A model generated the notes under the pieces. The model had not been told where the DNA came from. It was given only the letters and a program-made list of their open reading frames with translations, and made no database searches. Positions 33,601 through 48,600 of a stretch of 64,000 bases of DNA are shown in pieces. This stretch comes from Eledone cirrhosa (Eukaryota), in the NCBI GenBank assembly GCA_964016885.1, contig OZ024741.1, forward strand, positions 338,148,001 to 338,212,000, given 5' to 3'. The position numbers and the translations under genes are program-made. Position 1 is the first letter of the stretch, and the number at the start of each line of letters is the position of its first letter.

Positions 33601-36600
33601 TCACTCAATGATGTCTCCAGTTCTCATGTCTTTGTGACTATGGTCACTCAATGATGTCTCCAGTTCTCATGTTTTTGTGACTATGGTCACTCAATGATGT
33701 CTCCAGTTCTCATGTTTTTGTGACTATGGTCACTCAATGATGTCTCCAGTTCTCATGTATTTGTGTCTATGGTCACTCACTGATGTCTCCAGTTCTCATG
33801 GTTTTATGGACTATGGTCACTCAATGATGTCTCCAGTTCTCATGTCTCTGTGACTATGGTCACTCAATGATGTCTCCAGTTCTCATGTTTTTGTGACTAT
33901 GGTGACTCAATGATGTCTCCAGTTCTCATGGTTTTATGGACTATGGTCACTCAATGATGTCTCCAGTTCTCATGTTTTTGTGACTAGGGTCACTCAATGA
34001 TGTCTCCAGTTCTCATGGTTTTATGGACTATGGTCACTCTATGATGTCTCCAGTTCTCATGTTTTTGTGACTATGGTCACTCAATGATGTCTCCAGTTCT
34101 CATATCGTTGTGACTGTGGTCACTCAATGATGTCTCCAGTTCTCATGTTTTTGTGACTATGGTCACTCAATGATGTCTCCAGTTCTCATGTTTTTGTGAC
34201 TATGATCACTCAATGATGTCTCCAGTTCTCATGTCTTTGTGACTATGGTCACTCAATGATATCTCCAGTTCTCATGTTTTTGTGACTATGGTCACTCAAT
34301 GATGTCTCCAGTTCTCATGTCTTTGTGACTATGGTCACTCAATGATGTCTCCAGTTCTCATGTTTTTGTGACTATGGTCACTCAATGATGTCTCCAGTTC
34401 TCATGTCTTTGTGACTATGGTCACTCAATGATGTCTCCAGTTCTCATGTTTTTATGGACTATGGTAACTCAATGATGTCTCCAGTTCTCATGTTTTTATG
34501 GACTGTGGTCACTCAATGATGTCTCCAGTTCTCATGTCTTTGTGACTATGGTCACTCAATGATGCCTCCAGTTCTCATGTTTTTGTGACTATGGTCACTC
34601 AATGATGTCTCCATTTCTCATGTCTTTGTGACTATGGTCACTCTATGATGTCTCCAGTTCTCATGTTTTTGTGACTATGGTCACTCAATGATGTCTCCAG
34701 TTCTCATGTCTTTGTGACTATGGTCACTCAATGATGTCTCCAGTTCTCATGTCTTTGTGACTATGGTCACTCAATGATGTCTCCAGTTCTCATGTCTTTG
34801 TGACTATGGTCACTCAATGATGTCTCCAGTTCTCATGTTTTTGTGACTATGGTCACTCAATGATGTCTCCAGTTCTCATGTTTTTGTGACTATGGTCACT
34901 CAATGATGTCTCCAGTTCTCATGTCTTTGTGACTATGGTCACTCAATGATATCTCCAGTTCTCATGTTTTTGTGACTATGGTCACTCAATGATGTCTCCA
35001 GTTCTCATGTCTTTGTGACTGTGGTCACTCAATGATGTCTCCAGTTCTCATATCTTTGTGACTATGGTCACTCAATGATGTCTCCAGTTCTCATGTTTTT
35101 GTGACTATGGTCACTCAATGATGTCTCCAGTTCTCATGTCTTTGTGACTGTGGTCACTCAATGATGTCTCCAGTTCTCATATCTTTGTGACTATGGTCAC
35201 TCAATGATGTCTCCAGTTCTCATGTCTTTGTGACTGTGGTCACTCAATGAAGTCTCCAGTTCTCATGTTTTTGTGACTGTGGTCATTCAATGATGTCTCC
35301 AGTTCTCATGTTTTTGTGACAATGGTCACTCAATGATGTCTCTAGTTCTCATGTCTTTGTGACTATGGTCACTCAATGATGTCTCCAGTTCTCATGTTTT
35401 TGTGACTATGGTCACTCAATGATGTCTCCAGTTCTCATGTTTTTATGGACTGTGGTCACTCAATGATTTCTCCAGTTCTCATGTTTTTGTGACTATGGTC
35501 ACTCAATGATGTCTCCAGTTCTCATGTTTTTATGGACTATGGTAACTCAATGATGTCTCCAGTTCTCATGTTTTTATGGACTGTGGTCACTCAATGATGT
35601 CTCCAGTTCTCATGTCTTTGTGACTATGGTCACTCAATGATGTCTCCATTTCTCATGTCTTTGTGACTATGGTCACTCTATGATGTCTCCAGTTCTCATG
35701 TTTTTGTGACTATGGTCACTCAATGATGTCTCCAGTTCTCATGTCTTTGTGACTATGGTCACTCAATGATGTCTCCAGTTCTCATGTCTTTGTGACTATG
35801 GTCACTCAATGATGTCTCCAGTTCTCATGTCTTTGTGACTATGGTCACTCAATGATGTCTCCAGTTCTCATGTTTTTGTGACTATGGTCACTCAATGATG
35901 TCTCCAGTTCTCATGTTTTTGTGACTATGGTCACTCAATGATGTCTCCAGTTCTCATGTCTTTGTGACTATGGTCACTCAATGATATCTCCAGTTCTCAT
36001 GTTTTTGTGACTATGGTCACTCAATGATGTCTCCAGTTCTCATGTCTTTGTGACTGTGGTCACTCAATGATGTCTCCAGTTCTCATATCTTTGTGACTAT
36101 GGTCACTCAATGATGTCTCCAGTTCTCATGTTTTTGTGACTATGGTCACTCAATGATGTCTCCAGTTCTCATGTCTTTGTGACTGTGGTCACTCAATGAT
36201 GTCTCCAGTTCTCATATCTTTGTGACTATGGTCACTCAATGATGTCTCCAGTTCTCATGTCTTTGTGACTGTGGTCACTCAATGAAGTCTCCAGTTCTCA
36301 TGTTTTTGTGACTGTGGTCATTCAATGATGTCTCCAGTTCTCATGTTTTTGTGACAATGGTCACTCAATGATGTCTCTAGTTCTCATGTCTTTGTGACTA
36401 TGGTCACTCAATGATGTCTCCAGTTCTCATGTTTTTGTGACTATGGTCACTCAATGATGTCTCCAGTTCTCATGTTTTTATGGACTGTGGTCACTCAATG
36501 ATTTCTCCAGTTCTCATGTTTTTGTGACTATGGTCACTCAATGATGTCTCCAGTTCTCATGTTTTTATGGACTATGGTAACTCAATGATGTCTCCAGTTC

Positions 36601-39600
36601 TCATGTTTTTATGGACTGTGGTCACTCAATGATGTCTCCAGTTCTCATGTCTTTGTGACTATGGTCACTCAATGATATCTCCAGTTCTCATGTTTTTGTG
36701 ACTATGGTCACTCAATGATGTCTCCAGTTCTCATGTCTTTGTGACTATGGTCACTCAATGATGTCTCCAGTTCTCATGTTTTTGTGACTATGGTCACTCA
36801 ATGATGTCTCCAGTTCTCATGTCTTTGTGACTATGGTCACTCAATGATGTCTCCAGTTCTCATGTTTTTATGGACTATGGTAACTCAATGATGTCTCCAG
36901 TTCTCATGTTTTTATGGACTGTGGTCACTCAATGATGTCTCCAGTTCTCATGTCTTTGTGACTATGGTCACTCAATGATGCCTCCAGTTCTCATGTTTTT
37001 GTGACTATGGTCACTCAATGATGTCTCCATTTCTCATGTCTTTGTGACTATGGTCACTCTATGATGTCTCCAGTTCTCATGTTTTTGTGACTATGGTCAC
37101 TCAATGATGTCTCCAGTTCTCATGTCTTTGTGACTATGGTCACTCAATGATGTCTCCAGTTCTCATGTCTTTGTGACTATGGTCACTCAATGATGTCTCC
37201 AGTTCTCATGTTTTTGTGACTATGGTCACTCAATGATGTCTCCAGTTCTCATGTCTTTGTGACTATGGTCACTCAATGATATCTCCAGTTCTCATGTTTT
37301 TGTGACTATGGTCACTCAATGATGTCTCCAGTTCTCATGTTTTTATGGACTGTGGTCACTCAATGATTTCTCCAGTTCTCATGTTTTTGTGACTATGGTC
37401 ACTCAATGATGTCTCCAGTTCTCATGTTTTTATGGACTATGGTAACTCAATGATGTCTCCAGTTCTCATGTTTTTATGGACTGTGGTCACTCAATGATGT
37501 CTCCAGTTCTCATGTCTTTGTGACTATGGTCACTCAATGATATCTCCAGTTCTCATGTTTTTGTGACTATGGTCACTCAATGATGTCTCCAGTTCTCATG
37601 TCTTTGTGACTATGGTCACTCAATGATGTCTCCAGTTCTCATGTTTTTGTGACTATGGTCACTCAATGATGTCTCCAGTTCTCATGTCTTTGTGACTATG
37701 GTCACTCAATGATGTCTCCAGTTCTCATGTTTTTGTGACTATGGTCACTCAATGATGTCTCCAGTTCTCATGTTTTTGTGACTATGGTCACTCAATGATG
37801 TCTCCAGTTCTCATGTCTTTGTGACTATGGTCACTCAATGATATCTCCAGTTCTCATGTTTTTGTGACTATGGTCACTCAATGATGTCTCCAGTTCTCAT
37901 GTCTTTGTGACTGTGGTCACTCAATGATGTCTCCAGTTCTCATATCTTTGTGACTATGGTCACTCAATGATGTCTCCAGTTCTCATGTTTTTGTGACTAT
38001 GGTCACTCAATGATGTCTCCAGTTCTCATGTCTTTGTGACTGTGGTCACTCAATGATGTCTCCAGTTCTCATATCTTTGTGACTATGGTCACTCAATGAT
38101 GTCTCCAGTTCTCATGTCTTTGTGACTGTGGTCACTCAATGAAGTCTCCAGTTCTCATGTTTTTGTGACTGTGGTCATTCAATGATGTCTCCAGTTCTCA
38201 TGTTTTTGTGACAATGGTCACTCAATGATGTCTCTAGTTCTCATGTCTTTGTGACTATGGTCACTCAATGATGTCTCCAGTTCTCATGTTTTTGTGACTA
38301 TGGTCACTGAATGATGTCTCCAGTTCTCATGTTTTTATGGACTGTGGTCACTCAATGATTTCTCCAGTTCTCATGTTTTTGTGACTATGGTCACTCAATG
38401 ATGTCTCCAGTTCTCATGTTTTTATGGACTATGGTAACTCAATGATGTCTCCAGTTCTCATGTTTTTATGGACTGTGGTCACTCAATGATGTCTCCAGTT
38501 CTCATGTCTTTGTGACTATGGTCACTCAATGATGTCTCCATTTCTCATGTCTTTGTGACTATGGTCACTCTATGATGTCTCCAGTTCTCATGTTTTTGTG
38601 ACTATGGTCACTCAATGATGTCTCCAGTTCTCATGTCTTTGTGACTATGGTCACTCAATGATGTCTCCAGTTCTCATGTCTTTGTGACTATGGTCACTCA
38701 ATGATGTCTCCAGTTCTCATGTCTTTGTGACTATGGTCACTCAATGATGTCTCCAGTTCTCATGTTTTTGTGACTATGGTCACTCAATGATGTCTCCAGT
38801 TCTCATGTTTTTGTGACTATGGTCACTCAATGATGTCTCCAGTTCTCATGTCTTTGTGACTATGGTCACTCAATGATATCTCCAGTTCTCATGTTTTTGT
38901 GACTATGGTCACTCAATGATGTCTCCAGTTCTCATGTCTTTGTGACTGTGGTCACTCAATGATGTCTCCAGTTCTCATATCTTTGTGACTATGGTCACTC
39001 AATGATGTCTCCAGTTCTCATGTTTTTGTGACTATGGTCACTCAATGATGTCTCCAGTTCTCATGTCTTTGTGACTGTGGTCACTCAATGATGTCTCCAG
39101 TTCTCATATCTTTGTGACTATGGTCACTCAATGATGTCTCCAGTTCTCATGTCTTTGTGACTGTGGTCACTCAATGAAGTCTCCAGTTCTCATGTTTTTG
39201 TGACTGTGGTCATTCAATGATGTCTCCAGTTCTCATGTTTTTGTGACAATGGTCACTCAATGATGTCTCTAGTTCTCATGTCTTTGTGACTATGGTCACT
39301 CAATGATGTCTCCAGTTCTCATGTTTTTGTGACTATGGTCACTCAATGATGTCTCCAGTTCTCATGTTTTTATGGACTGTGGTCACTCAATGATTTCTCC
39401 AGTTCTCATGTTTTTGTGACTATGGTCACTCAATGATGTCTCCAGTTCTCATGTTTTTATGGACTATGGTAACTCAATGATGTCTCCAGTTCTCATGTTT
39501 TTATGGACTGTGGTCACTCAATGATGTCTCCAGTTCTCATGTCTTTGTGACTATGGTCACTCAATGATGTCTCCAGTTCTCATGTCTTTGTGACTATGGT

Positions 39601-42600
39601 CACACAATGATGTCTCCAGTTCTCATGTTTTTGTGACTATGGTGACTCAATGATGTCTCCAGTTCTCATGGTTTTATGGACTATGGTCACTCAATGATGT
39701 CTCCAGTTCTCATGTTTTTGTGACCAGGGTCACTCAATGATGTCTCCAGTTCTCATGGTTTTATGGACTATGGTCACTCTATGATGTCTCCAGTTCTCAT
39801 GTTTTTGTGACTATGGTCACTCAATGATGTCTCCAGTTCTCATGTCTTTGTGACTATGGTCACTCAATGATGTCTCCAGTTCTCATGTCTTTGTGACTAT
39901 GGTCACTCAATGATGTCTCCAGTTCTCATGTCTTTGTGACTATGGTCACTCAATGATGTCTCCAGTTCTCATGTTTTTGTGACTATGGCAACTCAATGAT
40001 GTCTCCAGTTCTCATGTTTTTATGGACTGTGGTCACTCAATGATGTCTCCAGTTCTCATGTCTTTGTGACTATGGTCACTCAATGATGTCTCCAGTTCTC
40101 ATGTCTTTGTGACTATGGTCACTCAATGATGTCTCCAGTTCTCATGTTTTTGTGACTATGGTGACTCAATGATGTCTCCAGTTCTCATGGTTTATGGACT
40201 ATGGTCACTCAATGATGTCTCCAGTTCTCATGTTTTTGTGACTAGGGTCACTCAATGATGTCTCCAGTTCTCATGGTTTTATGGACTATGGTCACTCTAT
40301 GATGTCTCCAGTTCTCATGTTTTTGTGACTATGGTCACTCAATGATGTCTCCAGTTCTCATATCGTTGTGACTGTGGTCACTCAATGATGTCTCCAGTTC
40401 TCATGTCTTTGTGACTATGGTCACTCAATGATATCTCCAGTTCTCATGTTTTTGTGACTATGGTCACTCAATGATGTCTCCAGTTCTCATGTCTTTGTGA
40501 CTGTGGTCACTCTATGATGTCTCCAGTTCTCATGTTTTTGTGACTATGGTCACTCAATGATGTCTCCAGTTCTCATATCGTTGTGACTGTGGTCATTCAA
40601 TGATGTCTCCAGTTCTCATGTTTTTGTTGACAATGGTCACTCAATGATGTCTCTAGTTCTCATGTCTTTGTGACTATGGTCACTCAATGATGTCTCCAGT
40701 TCTCATGTTTTTGTGACTATGGTCACTCAATGATGTCTCCAGTTCTCATGTTTTTATGGACTATGGTAACTCAATGATGTCTCCAGTTCTCATGTTTTTA
40801 TGGACTGTGGTCACTCAATGATGTCTCCAGTTCTCATGTCTTTGTGACTATGGTCACTCAATGATGTCTCCAGTTCTCATGTTTTTGTGACTATGGTCAC
40901 TCAATGATGTCTCCAGTTCTCATGGTTTTGTGGCTATGGTCTCTCAATTATGTCTCCAGTTCTCATGTCGTTGTGACTGTGGTCAGTCAATGGTGTCTCC
41001 AGTTCTCATGTTTTTTGTGACTATGGTCACTCAATGATGTCTCCAGTTCTCATGTCTTTGTGACTATGGTCACTCAATGATATCTCCAGTTCTCATGTTT
41101 TTGTGACTATGGTCACTCAATGATGTCTCCAGTTCTAATGGTTTTGTGACTATGGTCACTCAATGATGTCTCCAGTTCTGATGTTTTTGTGACTATGGTC
41201 ACTCAATGATGTGTCCAGTTCTCATGTCTTTGTGACTATGGTCACTCAATGATATCTCCAGTTCTCATGTTTTTGTGACTATGGTCACTCAATGATGTCT
41301 CCAGTTCTCATGTCTTTGTGACTATGGTCACTCAATGATGTGTCCGGTTCTCATGTTTTTGTGACTATGTTCACTCAATCATGTCTCCAGTTCTCATGTC
41401 ATTGTGACTGTGGTCACTCAATGATGTCTCCAGTTCTCATGTCTTTGTGACTATGGTCACTCAATGATGTCTCCAGTTCTCATGTTTTTGTGACTATGGT
41501 CACTCAATGATGTCTCCAGTTAACATGTCTTTGTGACTGTGGTCACTCAATGATGTCTCCAGTTCTCATGTTTTTGTGACTGTGGTCATTCAATGATGTC
41601 TCCAGTTCTCATGTTTTTGTGACTATGGTGACTCAATGATGTCTCCAGTTCTCATGTCTTTGTGACTATGGTCACTCAATGATGTCTCCAGTTCTCATGT
41701 CTTTGTGACTATGGTCACTCAATGATGTCTCCAGTTCTCATGTTTTTGTGACTATGGTCACTCAATGATGTCTCCAGTTCTCATGTCTTTGTGACTATGG
41801 TCACTCAATGATGTCTCCAGTTCTCATGTTTTTATGGACTATGGTAACTCAATGATGTCTCCAGTTCTCATGTTTTTATGGACTGTGGTCACTCAATGAT
41901 GTCTCCAGTTCTCATGTCTTTGTGACTATGGTCACTCAATGATGCCTCCAGTTCTCATGTTTTTGTGACTATGGTCACTCAATGATGTCTCCATTTCTCA
42001 TGTCTTTGTGACTATGGTCACTCTATGATGTCTCCAGTTCTCATGTTTTTGTGACTATGGTCACTCAATGATGTCTCCAGTTCTCATGTCTTTGTGACTA
42101 TGGTCACTCAATGATGTCTCCAGTTCTCATGTCTTTGTGACTATGGTCACTCAATGATGTCTCCAGTTCTCATGTCTTTGTGACTATGGTCACTCAATGA
42201 TGTCTCCAGTTCTCATGTTTTTGTGACTATGGTCACTCAATGATGTCTCCAGTTCTCATGTTTTTGTGACTATGGTCACTCAATGATGTCTCCAGTTCTC
42301 ATGTATTTGTGTGTATGGTCACTCACTGATGTCTCCAGTTCTCATGGTTTTATGGACTATGGTCACTCAATGATGTCTCCAGTTCTCATGTCTCTGTGAC
42401 TATGGTCACTCAATGATGTCTCCAGTTCTCATGTTTTTGTGACTATGGTGACTCAATGATGTCTCCAGTTCTCATGGTTTTATGGACTATGGTCACTCAA
42501 TGATGTCTCCAGTTCTCATGTTTTTGTGACTAGGGTCACTCAATGATGTCTCCAGTTCTCATGGTTTTATGGACTATGGTCACTCTATGATGTCTCCAGT

Positions 42601-45600
42601 TCTCATGTTTTTGTGACTATGGTCACTCAATGATGTCTCCAGTTCTCATATCGTTGTGACTGTGGTCACTCAATGATGTCTCCAGTTCTCATGTTTTTGT
42701 GACTATGGTCACTCAATGATGTCTCCAGTTCTCATGTTTTTGTGACTATGATCACTCAATGATGTCTCCAGTTCTCATGTCTTTGTGACTATGGTCACTC
42801 AATGATATCTCCAGTTCTCATGTTTTTGTGACTATGGTCACTCAATGATGTCTCCAGTTCTCATGTCTTTGTGACTGTGGTCACTCAATGATGTCTCCAG
42901 TTCTCATGTTTTTGTGACTGTGGTCATTCAATGATGTCTCCAGTTCTCATGTTTTTGTGACAATGGTCACTCAATGATGTCTTTAGTTCTCATGTCTTTG
43001 TGACTATGGTCACTCAATGATGTCTCCAGTTCTCATGTTTTTGTGACTATGGTCACTCAATGATGTCTCCAGTTCTCATGTTTTTATGGACTATGGTAAC
43101 TCAATGATGTCTCCAGTTCTCATGTTTTTATGGACTGTGGTCACTCAATGATGTCTCCAGTTCTCATGTCTTTGTGACTATGGTCACTCAATGATGTCTC
43201 CAGTTCTCATGTCTTTGTGACTATGGTCACTCAATGATGTCTCCAGTTCTCATGTTTTTGTGACTATGGTGACTCAATGATGTCTCCAGTTCTCATGGTT
43301 TTATGGACTATGGTCACTCAATGATGTCTCCAGTTCTCATGTTTTTGTGACTAGGGTCACTCAATGATGTCTCCAGTCCTCATGGTTTTATGGACTATGG
43401 TCACTCTATGATGTCTCCAGTTCTCATGTTTTTGTGACTATGGTCACTCAATGATGTCTCCAGTTCTCATATCGTTGTGACTGTGGTCACTCAATGATGT
43501 CTCCAGTTCTCATGTCTTTGTGACTATGGTCACTCAATGATATCTCCAGTTCTCATATTTTTGTGACTATGGTCACTCAATGATGTCTCCAGTTCTCATG
43601 TCTTTGTGACTGTGGTCACTCAATGATGTCTCCAGTTCTCATATCTTTGTGACTATGGTCACTCAATGATGTCTCCAGTTCTCATGTCTTTGTGACTATG
43701 GTCACTCAATGATGTCTCCAGTTCTCATGTTTTTGTGACTGTGGTCATTCAATGATGTCTCCAGTTCTCATGTTTTTGTTGACAATGGTCACTCAATGAT
43801 GTCTCTAGTTCTCATGTCTTTGTGACTATGGTCACTCAATGATGTCTCCAGTTCTCATGTTTTTGTGACTATGGTCACTCAATGATGTCTCCAGTTCTCA
43901 TGTTTTTATGGACTATGGTAACTCAATGATGTCTCCAGTTCTCATGTTTTTATGGACTGTGGTCACTCAATGATGTCTCCAGTTCTCATGTCTTTGTGAC
44001 TATGGTCACTCAATGATGTCTCCAGTTCTCATGTTTTTGTGACTATGGTCACTCAATGATGTCTCCAGTTCTCATGGTTTTATGGACTATGGTCACTCTA
44101 TGATGTCTCCAGTTCTCATGTTTTTGTGACTATGGTCACTCAATGATGTCTCCAGTTCTCATATCGTTGTGACTGTGGTCACTCAATGATGTCTCCAGTT
44201 CTCATGTTTTTGTGACTATGGTCACTCAATGATGTCTCCAGTTCTCATGTTTTTGTGACTATGATCACTCAATGATGTCTCCAGTTCTCATGTCTTTGTG
44301 ACTATGGTCACTCAATGATATCTCCAGTTCTCATGTTTTTGTGACTATGGTCACTCAATGATGTCTCCAGTTCTCATGTCTTTGTGACTATGGTCACTCA
44401 ATGATGTCTCCAGTTCTCATGTTTTTGTGACTATGGTCACTCAATGATGTCTCCAGTTCTCATGTCTTTGTGACTATGGTCACTCAATGATGTCTCCAGT
44501 TCTCATGTTTTTATGGACTATGGTAACTCAATGATGTCTCCAGTTCTCATGTTTTTATGGACTGTGGTCACTCAATGATGTCTCCAGTTCTCATGTCTTT
44601 GTGACTATGGTCACTCAATGATGCCTCCAGTTCTCATGTTTTTGTGACTATGGTCACTCAATGATGTCTCCATTTCTCATGTCTTTGTGACTATGGTCAC
44701 TCTATGATGTCTCCAGTTCTCATGTTTTTGTGACTATGGTCACTCAATGATGTCTCCAGTTCTCATGTCTTTGTGACTATGGTCACTCAATGATGTCTCC
44801 AGTTCTCATGTCTTTGTGACTATGGTCACTCAATGATGTCTCCAGTTCTCATGTCTTTGTGACTATGGTCACTCAATGATGTCTCCAGTTCTCATGTTTT
44901 TGTGACTATGGTCACTCAATGATGTCTCCAGTTCTCATGTTTTTGTGACTATGGTCACTCAATGATGTCTCCAGTTCTCATGTCTTTGTGACTATGGTCA
45001 CTCAATGATATCTCCAGTTCTCATGTTTTTGTGACTATGGTCACTCAATGATGTCTCCAGTTCTCATGTCTTTGTGACTGTGGTCACTCAATGATGTCTC
45101 CAGTTCTCATATCTTTGTGACTATGGTCACTCAATGATGTCTCCAGTTCTCATGTTTTTGTGACTATGGTCACTCAATGATGTCTCCAGTTCTCATGTCT
45201 TTGTGACTGTGGTCACTCAATGATGTCTCCAGTTCTCATATCTTTGTGACTATGGTCACTCAATGATGTCTCCAGTTCTCATGTCTTTGTGACTGTGGTC
45301 ACTCAATGAAGTCTCCAGTTCTCATGTTGTTGTGACTGTGGTCATTCAATGATGTCTCCAGTTCTCATGTTTTTGTGACAATGGTCACTCAATGATGTCT
45401 CTAGTTCTCATGTCTTTGTGACTATGGTCACTCAATGATGTCTCCAGTTCTCATGTTTTTGTGACTATGGTCACTCAATGATGTCTCCAGTTCTCATGTT
45501 TTTATGGACTGTGGTCACTCAATGATTTCTCCAGTTCTCATGTTTTTGTGACTATGGTCACTCAATGATGTCTCCAGTTCTCATGTTTTTATGGACTATG

Positions 45601-48600
45601 GTAACTCAATGATGTCTCCAGTTCTCATGTTTTTATGGACTGTGGTCACTCAATGATGTCTCCAGTTCTCATGTCTTTGTGACTATGGTCACTCAATGAT
45701 GTCTCCAGTTCTCATGTCTTTGTGACTATGGTCACACAATGATGTCTCCAGTTCTCATGTTTTTGTGACTATGGTGACTCAATGATGTCTCCAGTTCTCA
45801 TGGTTTTATGGACTATGGTCACTCAATGATGTCTCCAGTTCTCATGTTTTTGTGACCAGGGTCACTCAATGATGTCTCCAGTTCTCATGGTTTTATGGAC
45901 TATGGTCACTCTATGATGTCTCCAGTTCTCATGTTTTTGTGACTATGGTCACTCAATGATGTCTCCAGTTCTCATATCGTTGTGACTGTGGTCACTCAAT
46001 GATGTCTCCAGTTCTCATGTCTTTGTGACTATGGTCACTCAATGATATCTCCAGTTCTCATGTTTTTGTGACTATGGTCACTCAATGATGTCTCCAGTTC
46101 TCATGTTTTTGTGACTATGGTCACTCACTGATTTCTCCAGTTCTCATGGTTTTATGGACTATGGTCACTCAATGATGTCTCCAGTTCTCATGTCTTTGTG
46201 ACTATGGTCACTCAATGATGTCTCCAGTTCTCATGTTTTTGTGACTATGGTGACTCAATCATGTCTCCAGTTCTCATGGTTTTATGGACTATGGTCACTC
46301 AATGATGTCTCCAGTTCTCATGTTTTTGTGACTAGGGTCACTCAATGATGTCTCCAGTTCTCATGGTTTTATGGACTATGGTCACTCTATGATGTCTCCA
46401 GTTCTCATGTTTTTGTGACTATGGTCACTCAATGATGTCTCCAGTTCTCATATCGTTGTGACTGTGGTCACTCAATGATGTCTCCAGTTCTCATGTCTTT
46501 GTGACTATGGTCACTCAATGATATCTCCAGTTCTCATGTTTTTGTGACTATGGTCACTCAATGATGTCTCCAGTTCTCATGTCTTTGTGACTGTGGTCAC
46601 TCAATGATGTCTCCAGTTCTCATATCTTTGTGACTATGGTCACTCAATGATGTCTCCAGTTCTCATGTCTTTGTGACTGTGGTCACTCAATGATGTCTCC
46701 AGTTCTCATGTTTTTGTGACTGTGGTCATTCAATGATGTCTCCAGTTCTCATGTTTTTGTGACAATGGTCACTCAATGATGTCTTTAGTTCTCATGTCTT
46801 TGTGACTATGGTCACTCAATGATGTCTCCAGTTCTCATGTTTTTGTGACTATGGTCACTCAATGATGTCTCCAGTTCTCATGTTTTTATGGACTATGGTA
46901 ACTCAATGATGTCTCCAGTTCTCATGTTTTTATGGACTGTGGTCACTCAATGATGTCTCCAGTTCTCATGTCTTTGTGACTATGGTCACTCAATGATGTC
47001 TCCAGTTCTCATGTCTTTGTGACTATGGTCACTCAATGATGTCTCCAGTTCTCATGTTTTTGTGACTATGGTGACTCAATGATGTCTCCAGTTCTCATGG
47101 TTTTATGGACTATGGTCACTCAATGATGTCTCCAGTTCTCATGTTTTTGTGACTAGGGTCACTCAATGATGTCTCCAGTCCTCATGGTTTTATGGACTAT
47201 GGTCACTCTATGATGTCTCCAGTTCTCATGTTTTTGTGACTATGGTCACTCAATGATGTCTCCAGTTCTCATATCGTTGTGACTGTGGTCACTCAATGAT
47301 GTCTCCAGTTCTCATGTCTTTGTGACTATGGTCACTCAATGATATCTCCAGTTCTCATGTTTTTGTGACTATGGTCACTCAATGATGTCTCCAGTTCTCA
47401 TGTCTTTGTGACTGTGGTCACTCAATGATGTCTCCAGTTCTCATATCTTTGTGACTATGGTCACTCAATGATGTCTCCAGTTCTCATGTCTTTGTGACTA
47501 TGGTCACTCAATGATGTCTCCAGTTCTCATGTTTTTGTGACTGTGGTCATTCAATGATGTCTCCAGTTCTCATGTTTTTGTTGACAATGGTCACTCAATG
47601 ATGTCTCTAGTTCTCATGTCTTTGTGACTATGGTCACTCAATGATGTCTCCAGTTCTCATGTTTTTGTGACTATGGTCACTCAATGATGTCTCCAGTTCT
47701 CATGTTTTTATGGACTATGGTAACTCAATGATGTCTCCAGTTCTCATGTTTTTATGGACTGTGGTCACTCAATGATGTCTCCAGTTCTCATGTCTTTGTG
47801 ACTATGGTCACTCAATGATGTCTCCAGTTCTCATGTTTTTGTGACTATGGTCACTCAATGATGTCTCCAGTTCTCATGTTTTTATGGACTATGGTAACTC
47901 AATGATGTCTCCAGTTCTCATGTTTTTATGGACTGTGGTCACTCAATGATGTCTCCAGTTCTCATGTTTTTGTGACTAGGGTCACTCAATGATGTCTCCA
48001 GTCCTCATGGTTTTATGGACTATGGTCACTCTATGATGTCTCCAGTTCTCATGTTTTTGTGACTATGGTCACTCAATGATGTCTCCAGTTCTCATATCGT
48101 TGTGACTGTGGTCACTCAATGATGTCTCCAGTTCTCATGTCTTTGTGACTATGGTCACTCAATGATATCTCCAGTCCTCATGTTTTTGTGACTATGGTCA
48201 CTCAATGATGTCTCCAGTTCTCATGTCTTTGTGACTGTGGTCACTCAATGATGTCTCCAGTTCTCATATCTTTGTGACTATGGTCACTCAATGATGTCTC
48301 CAGTTCTCATGTCTTTGTGACTATGGTCACTCAATGATGTCACCAGTTCTCATGTTTTTGTGACTGTGGTCATTCAATGATGTCTCCAGTTCTCATGTTT
48401 TTGTTGACAATGGTCACTCAATGATGTCTCTAGTTCTCATGTCTTTGTGACTATGGTCACTCAATGATGTCTCCAGTTCTCATGTTTTTGTGAGTATGGT
48501 CACTCAATGATGTCTCCAGTTCTCATGTTTTTATGGACTATGGTAACTCAATGATGTCTCCAGTTCTCATGTTTTTATGGACTGTGGTCACTCAATGATG